Shown here: positions 20,933 through 30,762 of the stretch, in pieces | How positions within the stretch are numbered: the first letter of the stretch is position 1 | Layout of the letters: each line of letters begins with the position of its first letter | Source: an uncultured delta proteobacterium | GTDB lineage: Bacteria > Desulfobacterota > BSN033 > UBA1163 | Direction of reading: 5' to 3' | DNA: 64,000 bases | Assembly (NCBI GenBank): GCA_963708295.1 | Contig: CAVPSJ010000013.1 | Location: 263,317-327,316, forward strand | The notes under the pieces: generated by a model | What the model was told of the DNA's origin: nothing | The model's database searches: none | The model's input: the letters and a program-made list of their open reading frames with translations, nothing else | Position numbers and translations under genes: made by a program

Positions 20933-22739
20933 GATCGTGGAGACTTTGCTCGATTAGCGGTCTTTTTTGCCGTTCCTTCTGTGGATGGGAAATTGAGGTC
21001 CTCACTCTCTTTAGAGCCTTGAGGGCTTCCCGCACGACCTTTGGGTGTGGATGGTTTGAAAGGGCCTGAAGGGTCGGAAGACCCTGGGGAAACCCTTGCT
21101 GTCCGAGGACAATGGTGAGATTACGGGTCACATACCAGGGGCTGGTGCGGGACTTCGTCACAAACGTCGGCGTCGCGGCTGAAGAGAAACAGGAGAGGAG
21201 GCTGACGAGAAAACGGCGTGTGGAGATCTTTTTCTCTTCCGCGAGAGCCTTAAGCGCCGTGTCGAGGAGACACCTTTCGTGATTTACGGAAAAGGCGACC
21301 AGGGCCTGCTGTTCCGCGAACGAGGTCTTGGTGAGGGCCGAGAGGCCCTTGTAAAACAATTCCTTGATGAAAAAAGGAACCGTATCGAGCAGGCCCGGGA
21401 ATGTTCGATCCACCAGCTTGACGAATCCGAGGACATGGAACGGGCCAAGTTGGTCCGCCCGGAGCCTGATGCGGTCGAGGAGCCTTCTCTTGAAATCCTC
21501 TTCCTCCTCACCAGCCAATGCTAGGATCAACTGGTCCAGGTATTCATCAGGGTCCTCGTGCAAAATCAGCGAGTCCTCCTCGGAGCCTGTCGAGGCAGAA
21601 GGATTCATCAGGAATTCGAGCGACTCGGAGTACTCCGTGTCCATAAAAGGGTTTTCCGTCAGATTGATAATAAAGTCCTCTATCGTCTTCCAGACCTCCG
21701 CTGCAAAGCCCCCGTCTTTCCCGGGAGCAAGTCTAGACCTGACCAATGAAAGAAGGTCATCGGTTTTGGTGACCGGGGCAAAACGGCGGTATACCTCCAC
21801 AAACCTTCGCGTCCCTTGGTTACCCATCGCAGCGAGACCTGCCAATAGATCAACAAATCGCTCCCCGTCGATCTCCCTCAGAAGAGAGCTCTTTGCAGGC
21901 CCCAATCGCCCGGACTCCTGGCCTTCATGTCCCACGATACGCACGAGGTCTCTGGCAGAGAGGCACTTGCCCATTTGAGCAAGGTAACCAAGGATCTCTT
22001 CACGCCGCCTGCCGGGAAGAAGGGCCAGGGCATTCTCCAGGCGCTCTCCCAACTTGAGCAGCAATTTCGTAAATCCTTCTGAATCACCCCGTCCCGATTC
22101 CGCCCACTCGGCCCTTGCTGCCTTCCAGAATTCATCGGAGTCAAGGGCTGCGGCAAGCTGTTCAGGGGGCGCTTCCTGAATCATCAGAGCGAGCCAGGCG
22201 CGGCGTCGCCTTTCTTCCTGGTTATCTTCCGAGTCTTTAACCACATCCGTGATCTCACTATGTATCTGGTCGAGCTTGAGGGGTTCAATGTCGATGGCGA
22301 AGACTTCGGAACGAAGCCTTTGCCGCAGGGCATCGCCTTCCAGCTTGGGAATAGAGATCACCTTGGCAAAAGTGTAAACATCATCGAGAGTCACATCTTT
22401 TGTCCAGAGGAGTCGGAGCACTTTTCGCGCGTGAAGCATCGACGCGAGACTGCTCACCTTTCCGGCAACGAATTCTCCCGATACAACCAGTTCCCTGGAG
22501 GTGATTCCGATTGTAAGAGACCCCTGGGGACCGAGGGGGGCAGAGTTAAGGACGTTCTTAGCGACTTCCAGAAGGGTTGGATGTTTGGCGGGGTAAACGC
22601 GAACGCTATGGATGAGGTGCAACAGGTTCAAAGCGAAGACCTCAACCTTGCTGGAAAGTGAAGATCTTTCTCTACTTTTCTCTTCAATCATAGTGTCCTC
22701 AGAAGCCACGTAGGGCGCTTGGAGAACCATGGGCGTCAC
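20892..22739 (-). CDS. HEAT-repeat-containing protein, overlapping the HD-GYP gene
   Basis: C-terminal PWYVTRNL...HPHPKVVREALKAL HEAT-like repeats; N-terminal YPAKHP motif similar to the N-terminus of the downstream HD-GYP protein. Confidence 0.7.
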   Translation of the reverse strand: MTPMVLQAPYVASEDTMIEEKSRERSSLSSKVEVFALNLLHLIHSVRVYPAKHPTLLEVAKNVLNSAPLGPQGSLTIGITSRELVVSGEFVAGKVSSLASMLHARKVLRLLWTKDVTLDDVYTFAKVISIPKLEGDALRQRLRSEVFAIDIEPLKLDQIHSEITDVVKDSEDNQEERRRRAWLALMIQEAPPEQLAAALDSDEFWKAARAEWAESGRGDSEGFTKLLLKLGERLENALALLPGRRREEILGYLAQMGKCLSARDLVRIVGHEGQESGRLGPAKSSLLREIDGERFVDLLAGLAAMGNQGTRRFVEVYRRFAPVTKTDDLLSLVRSRLAPGKDGGFAAEVWKTIEDFIINLTENPFMDTEYSESLEFLMNPSASTGSEEDSLILHEDPDEYLDQLILALAGEEEEDFKRRLLDRIRLRADQLGPFHVLGFVKLVDRTFPGLLDTVPFFIKELFYKGLSALTKTSFAEQQALVAFSVNHERCLLDTALKALAEEKKISTRRFLVSLLSCFSSAATPTFVTKSRTSPWYVTRNLTIVLGQQGFPQGLPTLQALSNHPHPKVVREALKALKRVRTSISHPQKERQKRPLIEQSLHDLGNKEKSCGAEGT

Positions 22740-22765
22740 GCGACTCGGTCTGCAACTTCTGGTTG

Positions 22766-22782
22766 AGCAAGTATAATGCCAG
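22766..22782 (-). promoter_or_regulatory. sigma54 promoter CTGGCATTATACTTGCT
   Basis: Near-consensus -24/-12 just upstream of the HEAT/HD-GYP operon, with an IHF-like AATCAATTGTTTT at ~22800. Confidence 0.78.
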
Positions 22783-23334
22783 AACGTAAAATGTCATCTA
22801 ATCAATTGTTTTTATTTAATTTATTGAATTCTTAGCTGCATCTCCAGAGCCCTTGGGTGACCTTTTCTGTCACCCGGGACTTCTCAGAAGTGACTTCAGA
22901 CATATCGGGCTCGTTAACCACGTCAAGGACATGCTGCCAGGCGACGAGAAGGAAATTCCCAAGGGTGACTAAATAACAAAGTTCCTTGTGGGCGGAGGCC
23001 GATCTTTTTGGATGACTCAACGCTTGAGACAAGCGACCACAACGATCGTACATTGGAGACGATGGGTTGAAAAGTCTCAAGCTGAAGAATCGTTCTCACT
23101 CCTCGACACTGAAAGATGAGTACGTGTGTTGTCAAATGCAGAGCATGCAGAGCGGCTGGCCGAGAAAGGAAAGAGCGCAGGGCGGCGGATGCTGGGGAAA
23201 GAAAATAATTTAAAAACAAACCCCAAACAATAGGACAGGTCTTAGAAGATCCTGCATTTTGAATTGGAAAACAAGGATGTCCGATTGGATAGAAGGAAGG
23301 GTCAAGGCTATCGGTTGAGGGAGGCGTCAAGTCA

Positions 23335-23703
23335 TTACGAGAGGCAACCAGAGGTTGCATCCGGATGTTCTTCTAGCTGCTTCGAAAAATCTTTTTGGGT
23401 CGAGTGAGATGGGGGATAATGAAAAGACTGTTTCTCGAAGCGGTAACCGCAGGCGGCTCCGCAACGAGCCACTTCATCGATGTCTCTCTGGTCTATTGGA
23501 AAACTCTTGCACATCTCGAGGCGGAATCTATTATAGGTACGGCAGGCCCGTTGTGCCGTCAACAGGGGGCAAGCAAAAACGAATGAGCAACATTGGGCAC
23601 ATTGAAGGCATTCTCCCTTTCGTAATGCTTGCTGTCTCTTCACGTAGTGCTTTCTGAAGTAAACCAGATAAAATCGCCTGAACTTACCCATCACATGGAT
23701 CAC
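23335..23703 (-). CDS. Small cysteine-cluster protein (YkgJ/CxxCxxCC-like)
   Basis: CLQCAQCC...CPLL...CRTY...CKSFP...CGY; RBS GGAGG. Confidence 0.7.
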   Translation of the reverse strand: MIHVMGKFRRFYLVYFRKHYVKRQQALRKGECLQCAQCCSFVFACPLLTAQRACRTYNRFRLEMCKSFPIDQRDIDEVARCGAACGYRFEKQSFHYPPSHSTQKDFSKQLEEHPDATSGCLS

Positions 23704-23976
23704 GAATGCCTCCTTAAGAACTTAGACGGGTCAGTGTTAATTTATCCGAACAGGATATCTTATAACCTATAATTGACTAGAACACCACTCCTAAACCAGA
23801 AGTCCTTCTTTTCTGTTTTCCACGGTGGCACCCCGCCGCCATAGACACTCTGCCGCGCTCCTGGCCGCCCAAAAGGGAAGGGGGAAAGGGAGGGGCATTG
23901 TTTTTCTGACCTAAAGTGATATAATAATTTCCTCAATAGAAGACTGATGGACTGTGGAGAACTGCGAGGGGTTGAG

Positions 23977-24606
23977 ATGACAACCGAGGAACTTGCGGAG
24001 GTTATTCTGGCGCAACTGTACGAGCTTGCAGAGGAAGCCCCACATCCCAATTTTCTTTTCTCTGTCAATGATTTTCTGCCTAAGTTTGGTATAACTGACA
24101 GGGAAGAGGTTCAGAAGGCCCTTAACTACCTTGGAGACAGGGGATTCATCTACCTCGCCAGTCTTGATAGGGCTGGCGGAATAAGCGCAGGCCTTACGAT
24201 CGAAGGGAGCGTCTTCGTGGAAAAAGGGGGAGAGACAGGTGTGGTCAAACAGGTCCGAACGAACCCCCAGACATTGAGAAAAACCCTTTCCACACCTTCC
24301 CCCCGGCCGACGGATCGGGAAGAAACTGAGACAGTGAGTGAAGAGGCAGGGAACCTTATCTTCGCCCGCCGTGCGGTGGAGGCTCTACTGGAAGATATCG
24401 AGGAGATGCTTGAAAAGGATGATACCGTGGCAGAGGAGGCCAAGAGAGATTTGCTTTCCGATGTCGCCACATTCAAGATTCAAATGGGACGAAACGTGAA
24501 AAACAGGCAAATCATCGTCGAATTGCTGGGCAACCTGTCCGGCACCGCATCCATCGCCCCTCTCGTCACCGGGCTAGGCCACATCGTCGACGCCTACTTC
24601 AGATAA
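23977..24606 (+). CDS. Hypothetical protein (N-terminal winged-helix-like, C-terminal helical)
   Basis: Long ORF with plausible composition; ALNYLGDRGFI...LTIEG pattern is typical of wHTH domains. Confidence 0.6.
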   Translation: MTTEELAEVILAQLYELAEEAPHPNFLFSVNDFLPKFGITDREEVQKALNYLGDRGFIYLASLDRAGGISAGLTIEGSVFVEKGGETGVVKQVRTNPQTLRKTLSTPSPRPTDREETETVSEEAGNLIFARRAVEALLEDIEEMLEKDDTVAEEAKRDLLSDVATFKIQMGRNVKNRQIIVELLGNLSGTASIAPLVTGLGHIVDAYFR

Positions 24607-24798
24607 CGCAACCATGTTCGGCGGGCTCTGTTCTGACCGGAGCGTGGCCCCATGACGGCCTATGGGTATGGCAGGGTAAAGGGGCACAAGATGAGTGATC
24701 ATACCCAACCGGGAAACCCCGTCCCGTGGGGAGGGAACTTCCCCTGAGGGATCTCAAATATAGGAAGGTGTCATCCACAAAGGAAGGAGGGAATCTAT

Positions 24799-25095
24799 TT
24801 GATCAAGAAAATATTTTCGTCCCTCGCGGCAAAGCTGAAAGGCTCTCCCAGAGTTATCGGGGAGGTTATGTATGGTCTGTTACTCTATGAACCGGTCCTC
24901 GTCATGAAGAAAGAAAGAGGGCATCTGGACAACCTCTTTATGCTAGTTATCTTCGGAGATATGATCGGCCTTCCTCTGCTTCCACCCTATTATTCCTTGC
25001 GGCTCCTGCCACACATTATTCCATCCCTTAGAACATGGAGGAGGAGGGTTCTGAGAGAAAAAGATGTAACCGATTTTGTGGGACATGATCTCTGA
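24799..25095 (+). CDS. Small hypothetical protein resembling those encoded in cstA-arsA/GET3 neighbourhoods
   Basis: DNLFMLVIFGDMIGLPLLPPYYSLRLLP...WRRR; strong RBS AAGGAGG. Family link is from recall, not a search. Confidence 0.6.
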   Translation: MIKKIFSSLAAKLKGSPRVIGEVMYGLLLYEPVLVMKKERGHLDNLFMLVIFGDMIGLPLLPPYYSLRLLPHIIPSLRTWRRRVLREKDVTDFVGHDL

Positions 25096-25246
25096 TAGAG
25101 AGGTGGTCTGTCGCGCGGCTGCGAAAGCTTGGGATCAAATTAGGATCAAATTATTTGATTGACAACACTGAGATTTCTTGCTAAGGAAATTAAGAATTTT
25201 AGGTCCTTTTCGATGCCTAGAGCATCTGTGTGCCAGGGCTACCCAT

Positions 25247-25331
25247 AAAAAAGGGCCCTATATATCCTGTCTTGGGTGGGTGGGGTTTGAGGTAGGATTT
25301 AGGATATATAGGGCCTTTCAGTTTAACGTTA
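25247..25331 (-). ncRNA. Candidate ~85-nt small RNA: 15-bp stem, C-rich loop, U6 tail
   Basis: Perfect inverted repeat 25254-25268/25301-25315 followed on the minus strand by CTTTTTT, just downstream of a consensus promoter; no credible ORF. Confidence 0.65.
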
Positions 25332-25337
25332 ACGCAA

Positions 25338-25365
25338 ATTATACCAACGATACAAGTTTTGTCAA
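25338..25365 (-). promoter_or_regulatory. Consensus sigma70 promoter TTGACA-N16-TATAAT
   Basis: Both hexamers are perfect; points into the hairpin/terminator at 25247-25318. Confidence 0.8.
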
Positions 25366-25629
25366 GAACTTTTTTCTTTCCTAGGCAAGGGAATAAGAAA
25401 AGCTTTATAATTTAAATAAGTTGCGTGATGGTTACTTAGTGAAGTTGTGCACGTGAAAGAGTTAACAAGTATCTTCGTAACCTTTTCAATCCTGAACAGT
25501 CCAGTTATTCCCCAGGACCCGGCGAGGACCAAAGCACAAACGTGAGTCGCGTGAGATAGGTGGAACTCCTATAACCCAAAGGGCCGAGTGCGGGTTGAAA
25601 TGATTGACGGAAACCAGAAGGGCGGTGAC

Positions 25630-26193
25630 ATGGAAAAAATCAAGCTTGACAACAGTACTCGTGTTTTTTCTATGCCGATGGTGGTTGTCGGTGCGGTGGT
25701 TGAAGGCAAAAATAACTATTTGGCAGTCGCGTGGGTTTCCTGGGTGAATTCAAACCCTCCGATGATAGGGGTGGCTCTAGGGAAAGGGCACCACACAAAC
25801 AAGGGAATTCGTGAGCACCAGGAATTCGGTATCAGCATTCCCGGCGTTGATCTTATCAAGGCAGTAGACTATGTAGGTCTCGTCTCTGGCGTCAAAACGG
25901 ACAAGTCCAAGATTTTCGAATCCTTTCAGGGACAGTTAAAGTATGCTCCGATGATACGTCATTCTCCGGTAAGCTTAGAATGTAAAGTGGTTACCAAGGT
26001 AGATCTTCCATCTAACGAATTCTTCATCGGGGAGATTGTCGGCGTTTATACCGAGGAACGCTTTTTAGCCAACGGCAAACCTGACATTAATAAGATTAAA
26101 CCATTTATGCTGACGATGCCCGACGCCGGGTATCGGGAGGTTGGAGAGATCATCGGGAGTGCGTGGAGTATCGGCAAAGATTTCCAGGTCTAA
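25630..26193 (+). CDS. Flavin reductase family protein (flavoredoxin-like)
   Basis: PMVVVGA, HHTNKGI, DYVGLVSG, APMI..SPVSLECKV and FIGEIV. Confidence 0.88.
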   Translation: MEKIKLDNSTRVFSMPMVVVGAVVEGKNNYLAVAWVSWVNSNPPMIGVALGKGHHTNKGIREHQEFGISIPGVDLIKAVDYVGLVSGVKTDKSKIFESFQGQLKYAPMIRHSPVSLECKVVTKVDLPSNEFFIGEIVGVYTEERFLANGKPDINKIKPFMLTMPDAGYREVGEIIGSAWSIGKDFQV

Positions 26194-26414
26194 GAATTGA
26201 GAGGGAATAAGAGACCTAATTCTTACCTTTGGCCGGCAGGTGGCCGGTCCCGCGAATACGGGATAGGCAGGGACAAGGAACTTGTCAAAAGAGTTGAATC
26301 GAGATAAGACAGTCAAGGTCAAGCTTGGTAAAGACGCATGAGATTATTCTAACGATCCAAGGAAAGAATGTCCCATAGGCACTGACATGGAATTATGCAG
26401 GGAAGAGACATCCA

Positions 26415-26558
26415 ATGGCCTTATCGTGTGAGGAGTACCGATATCAGCAGCAACTCCTTGCCTTAAAGAAACGCCTGGCTCAGAATAAGCTGAACGCGGA
26501 TGAACGCCGAGAAATCGAAAGGCTTATAGAGGAACTGGAGAGAAGATTAAAGATGTGA
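26415..26558 (+). CDS. 47-aa helical hypothetical protein (not in the ORF track)
   Basis: MALSCEEYRYQQQLLALKKRLAQNKLNADERREIERLIEELERRLKM*, with a purine-rich RBS upstream. Confidence 0.6.
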   Translation: MALSCEEYRYQQQLLALKKRLAQNKLNADERREIERLIEELERRLKM

Positions 26559-26643
26559 AAGGGACGCTTCCCATTTTCCGATCGACAGAGATCAGGAGCA
26601 AATCGCAGAAAGCTCGCCCTGTTGATTATAGGTAAGGCGCGAG

Positions 26644-27999
26644 ATGGTGATGAGAAAGATACTCGACCGCAGAAGACCTACAGGCCATTTATTTCGTGGA
26701 CATCTATCGATCCTTGTTCTGGTGCTCCTGATTGTCATCATTTGCGGCTTCATTCTCTTTCATTTTGTGTTGCCTGCTCCACCCGAAACTCTAGTCATGA
26801 CGACGGGGACAGAAGGCGGAACCTATACGGTCTTTGGCAAGCGGTATCAGGAAGCCATGGCCGGAGAAAAGGTCCGGCTTCGGTTACTCCCCTCTTCAGG
26901 TTCGGTGGAAAATTTCAATCGCCTCAAGGATAAGTCCTTCCCGGTCGACGTCGGTTTTGTGCAGGGCGGTACGATCTCAGCCAAAGAGGCCCCCCATCTC
27001 GTTTCTTTAGGGGGGATCTGTTATTCACCCTTATGGGTTTTTTATCGAGGCCAAGATACGTTTGACGACCTTTCCCTTCTGAAAGGAAAGAGAATTGCGA
27101 TTGGTCCAGAGGGCAGCGGCGCGCGCAAATTCTCGACGGAATTGCTCAGGGCAAGCAACATTTTGGAGCCACCCACAAGATTATTTGACCTTTCCAGCGC
27201 GGCTGCCGGTCAGGCGATTTTGGAGGGAAGGGTGGATGTTATCATGATTTCTTCCACCGTGGACAACGCTCTCGTCCAAAAACTCTTGCGTGCCGAGGGT
27301 ATCAAACTGATGGATTTCAGTCAAGCGGAAGCCTATACGAGGCTCTATCCAGCCTTATCTCAGGTCATCCTGCCGAAAGGCATACTGGATCTCTCCAAAA
27401 ACAAGCCGGCCACAGACATTCATCTCCTGGCGACGACGACGAGTCTCGTCGTCCGCAAAAACCTGCATCCAGCGATGATGTATTTACTCTTGGATGCCGC
27501 TGTGGATATTCATGGCGACGCGGGCTGGGTCCAGAAAGCAGGCGAATTCCCCTCGCCCAAATCACAGGATTTTCCGTTGAGTGATATCGCGGAACGATTT
27601 TATAAATCCGGTCGCCCTTTCTTGCTGGATTACCTTCCTTTCGGAATGGCTGCTTATATTGACCGGATGATTTTGATTCTAGTGCCAGCGGTGGTCGTCC
27701 TGATTCCTCTGCTTCGAATCATCCCCTCGCTCTATTTCTGGTGGAACCGGCGGAAACTCTACAAGTCTTATGAAGACCTTAAGAGTCTTGAAATGGAAAT
27801 GGTGGAGGATTTCACGCCCGGAAGGGTGACGGATTATAAGAAAACGTTAGACCGAATCGAAGCCTTTGTCAGTGGAGTTCATGTGCCCTTAGCCCTATTT
27901 AAAGAAGTTTATACGCTTGAAGAACACGTGGACCATGTTCGCAATAAGCTTGCCCGGTTGACCCAAGAGACCGAAAACGCAGAAAGAAACATCGTTTGA
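26644..27999 (+). CDS. TAXI-family TRAP solute-binding protein with C-terminal membrane extension
   Basis: TGTEGGTY, SSGSVEN, GFVQGG, LKGKRIAIGPEGSG and a C-terminal TM helix. Confidence 0.85.
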   Translation: MVMRKILDRRRPTGHLFRGHLSILVLVLLIVIICGFILFHFVLPAPPETLVMTTGTEGGTYTVFGKRYQEAMAGEKVRLRLLPSSGSVENFNRLKDKSFPVDVGFVQGGTISAKEAPHLVSLGGICYSPLWVFYRGQDTFDDLSLLKGKRIAIGPEGSGARKFSTELLRASNILEPPTRLFDLSSAAAGQAILEGRVDVIMISSTVDNALVQKLLRAEGIKLMDFSQAEAYTRLYPALSQVILPKGILDLSKNKPATDIHLLATTTSLVVRKNLHPAMMYLLLDAAVDIHGDAGWVQKAGEFPSPKSQDFPLSDIAERFYKSGRPFLLDYLPFGMAAYIDRMILILVPAVVVLIPLLRIIPSLYFWWNRRKLYKSYEDLKSLEMEMVEDFTPGRVTDYKKTLDRIEAFVSGVHVPLALFKEVYTLEEHVDHVRNKLARLTQETENAERNIV

Positions 28000-28024
28000 A
28001 GGTGCTCCCATTCGTTTCAAACCC

Positions 28025-29005
28025 TTACACTTTTAGCCATCGCTCCGCGTTAAGATGGTAGATCTTCTCCTTATCCGAATCGCTGATGGGCGTTCTTTCG
28101 ACAAGCTCCACCGCATCCTTCAGGCTGACATAGGGATAGTCGGCTGCAAAGAGAATCCGATCCGCTCCCATTGCGCTGACGGCACACACCAGAGCTTCCG
28201 GCTGATACTTGCCGCTCGTCGTGATGAGGACGTTTTCTTTAATATATTGAGAAAACAATCTCTTTAGTTTTCGAGATTTAAAAGCCATGACATATCCTTC
28301 GTCCAAACGACCCAGAAGATAAGGAAGGGATTCTCCCAGATGGCCCAGGATGAGGAGGGCGTTGGGGAAAGCATCGAAAACGCCAGCGCCGACGATTCGG
28401 AGGGCGTGCGTAGCGGCTTCCACGCCCCAACTCCAGATGGGCCCCTCGAGCTCACGATGTCCCTCATAAATCTTCCTGGCTTCATGCGATGGCTCCATGA
28501 TGTGCAAGTAAATGGGCACCCCAAGGGCTTCCGCGCGCTCCCAAAGCACCCAGAACTTCTGTTCGTCAAGATACTCAAAATTTGTATGTCCCTGGATCAT
28601 GGCCCCTTTGAACCCGAGCCGAGTGACCGTTCGCTCCAGTTCATCGGCGGCCGCTTTGGGGTCCTGCGTGGGAAGGCAAGCAAAGCCGGCAAACCGGCCG
28701 GGGTACTTGCGAATGATTTTCGCTTCGGCATCATTGATCTTCTTCGCCATCACCACAGCGGTCTCTTTATCTAGGATCCCTTGAACCCCTGGTGAACCAC
28801 TTGAAAGGACCTGCATCGTGATCCCCGATTCATCCATAAGAGGCAAGCGGAATTTTTCAAAATCGCCTATTCTTGGGCCGACCAGGGGAGTCTCGGCAAA
28901 GTTGACTGATGCAGACAATCCCGTCCTGGCCGACCACTTGGCCTTGATCTCTGCAACCTCAGGGGTCCCCCAGTGTTCCTCAACACAAATCCTTTTCATC
29001 TTCAT
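28025..29005 (-). CDS. Amidohydrolase-2 family non-oxidative aromatic acid decarboxylase (gamma-resorcylate/LigW-like)
   Basis: VEEH, QVLS..PG, PIYLH, GHLGESLPY and FAADYPY. Confidence 0.82.
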   Translation of the reverse strand: MKMKRICVEEHWGTPEVAEIKAKWSARTGLSASVNFAETPLVGPRIGDFEKFRLPLMDESGITMQVLSSGSPGVQGILDKETAVVMAKKINDAEAKIIRKYPGRFAGFACLPTQDPKAAADELERTVTRLGFKGAMIQGHTNFEYLDEQKFWVLWERAEALGVPIYLHIMEPSHEARKIYEGHRELEGPIWSWGVEAATHALRIVGAGVFDAFPNALLILGHLGESLPYLLGRLDEGYVMAFKSRKLKRLFSQYIKENVLITTSGKYQPEALVCAVSAMGADRILFAADYPYVSLKDAVELVERTPISDSDKEKIYHLNAERWLKV

Positions 29006-29024
29006 CCCGGTCTCCCTTCGTAAG

Positions 29025-30005
29025 CTATTTCCCTTCGGCGGGTGACGTTTTCATGAGCTGCCGGACCATCCCGTACTCCTCCGTCATCATCTTCTTAAAC
29101 TCCTCACCCGGGACAAAGTCCTCGATGGCTCCGGTTTGCTGAATGGCATTGACCACCTCGGGTGCTTTAACGGCTTTTTCGATGGCTGGAACTAACACCT
29201 TTTTCACCGAGTCGGAAACACCCACAGGGAGATAGAAGGTGAAGCGGATGGACATAATATCCCGCTTATAGCCCAGCTGCTTGAGGGTGGGGACATCAGG
29301 AAACTCATGGATCTTCTGAGAGGTTAACAAGACTCGCAGCTTTCCGGCGTTGACATGAGGAGAGATCATGCCGAGCGTCAGGGCGGATGTCTCCACATGG
29401 CCGCCCAGAAGAGCCGTCAGGGCAGGCGACGCCCCTTTGAAGGGAATCATATTGAAGGCATTTCCCGTTTCGAGCCGGATCACCTCGTAATTGAAGTAGC
29501 CTACGGAGCCTACTCCCGTCGAGCTCCCCCGAACCTTTCCCGGATTCTGCTTCATATAGGTCATCAATTCCCCGAAGTTCTTCCAGGGAGAGTCCACCCT
29601 CACCGGCAGCATCATCGGGACGGAGACAGCCGAACATAATGGGTCAAGATCTGTCAGAGGATTATATGGAACGCTTTCTGGGTTCACCGCATGGGCGTAA
29701 TAAATGCCCGAAATGGCGAACAGGAGCGTGTAGCCATCCTTCTTGCTCCTGACTACGGAATCAGCTCCTATGGTTCCGCCTCCGCCCGGCTTATTGACGG
29801 TAACGATAGCGGTCTTCAGGATCTTGGACATTTCTGCAGCGATTGCCCTTCCCGCGAGATCCACCGTATCCCCGGGCGACAAAGGAATGACCATCTGAAT
29901 GGGTTGGCTGGGATAGGTTTGAGCCAGGAGTGGCCGATGCGAAAGGACAAAGCAAGAAAAGAAGACTATTACGATTAAGAACCATGCGACCTTCTTCATT
30001 CTCAT
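29025..30005 (-). CDS. Tripartite tricarboxylate transporter substrate-binding protein (Bug/TctC)
   Basis: Signal peptide, YPSQPIQMVIP, NKPGGGGTIG, DGYTLL, IPFKG and PDVPTLKQLGY. Confidence 0.9.
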   Translation of the reverse strand: MRMKKVAWFLIVIVFFSCFVLSHRPLLAQTYPSQPIQMVIPLSPGDTVDLAGRAIAAEMSKILKTAIVTVNKPGGGGTIGADSVVRSKKDGYTLLFAISGIYYAHAVNPESVPYNPLTDLDPLCSAVSVPMMLPVRVDSPWKNFGELMTYMKQNPGKVRGSSTGVGSVGYFNYEVIRLETGNAFNMIPFKGASPALTALLGGHVETSALTLGMISPHVNAGKLRVLLTSQKIHEFPDVPTLKQLGYKRDIMSIRFTFYLPVGVSDSVKKVLVPAIEKAVKAPEVVNAIQQTGAIEDFVPGEEFKKMMTEEYGMVRQLMKTSPAEGK

Positions 30006-30192
30006 TCCTCCTTAGACCTGATCTATTAAAGCGTCACAAATCATTGAGATCCGCACCGCGCCCGTCTTCTTTGAGTAGAATATTCCCAAGGACATGTCAA
30101 TGGGAAAGAATGATGGACGGAATCGTTATCGACACAGAGGGGTGAGTTTTCTTTCTCCAGGCCTCTGCCTGCGTCCGGGGACCGTCACTTTT

Positions 30193-30221
30193 TTGACAAT
30201 TGTTTTCTAAGGGAATATCAT
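30193..30221 (+). promoter_or_regulatory. sigma70 promoter TTGACA-N17-TATCAT
   Basis: Near-consensus, upstream of the PilZ gene. Confidence 0.6.
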
Positions 30222-30347
30222 GGCTGACCATGCTCAATGGCTTGAGTCCTCGGGAAATCAAGCTATTTTTCTAGTCAGGGTTGTTTTGCCCCGTAGGGAG
30301 AAGGCGGATCAGAAACATTTGAAACGGTTAGAACAGGAGAAGGGTCG

Positions 30348-30718
30348 ATGACGGAAAGGCGTAATGAGGAACGGCACGCGGTGCCTAAAATATACAGGAA
30401 GTATGTCACCTTCAAAGCCAGGGCGGACTCGGGGGAATTTGTGCCGATGAAACTCCTCGATTTCAGCGATCATGGCATTAGGATGAAGAGTCCACATGGG
30501 TTATCGGTTGATTCGCGCATTGAGTGTGTGATCGCTGCGCCCAAGTCTTTTTCAAAAGAAATCCTGTTTGTCGGAAAGATCAAGTACTGCATTCAAGATG
30601 CGTCAGGGGGAGGTTTTGTCATCGGGGAGAAGTCGTTGAAACGAACGATCAGATCGGATTTAAATTATTCTCGAAAGTTCATGATTTTATCAAGGAAAGA
30701 ATCGGAGAGATCTTTTAA
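30348..30718 (+). CDS. PilZ-domain protein, frameshifted at a G-run near 30625
   Basis: ERRNEER (RxxxR) and DFSDHG (DxSxxG) c-di-GMP-binding motifs. Confidence 0.78.
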
Positions 30719-30762
30719 GGATGAGAGGGGGTGAAAGGCTGCCCGAAAAAGCAACTATTTTC

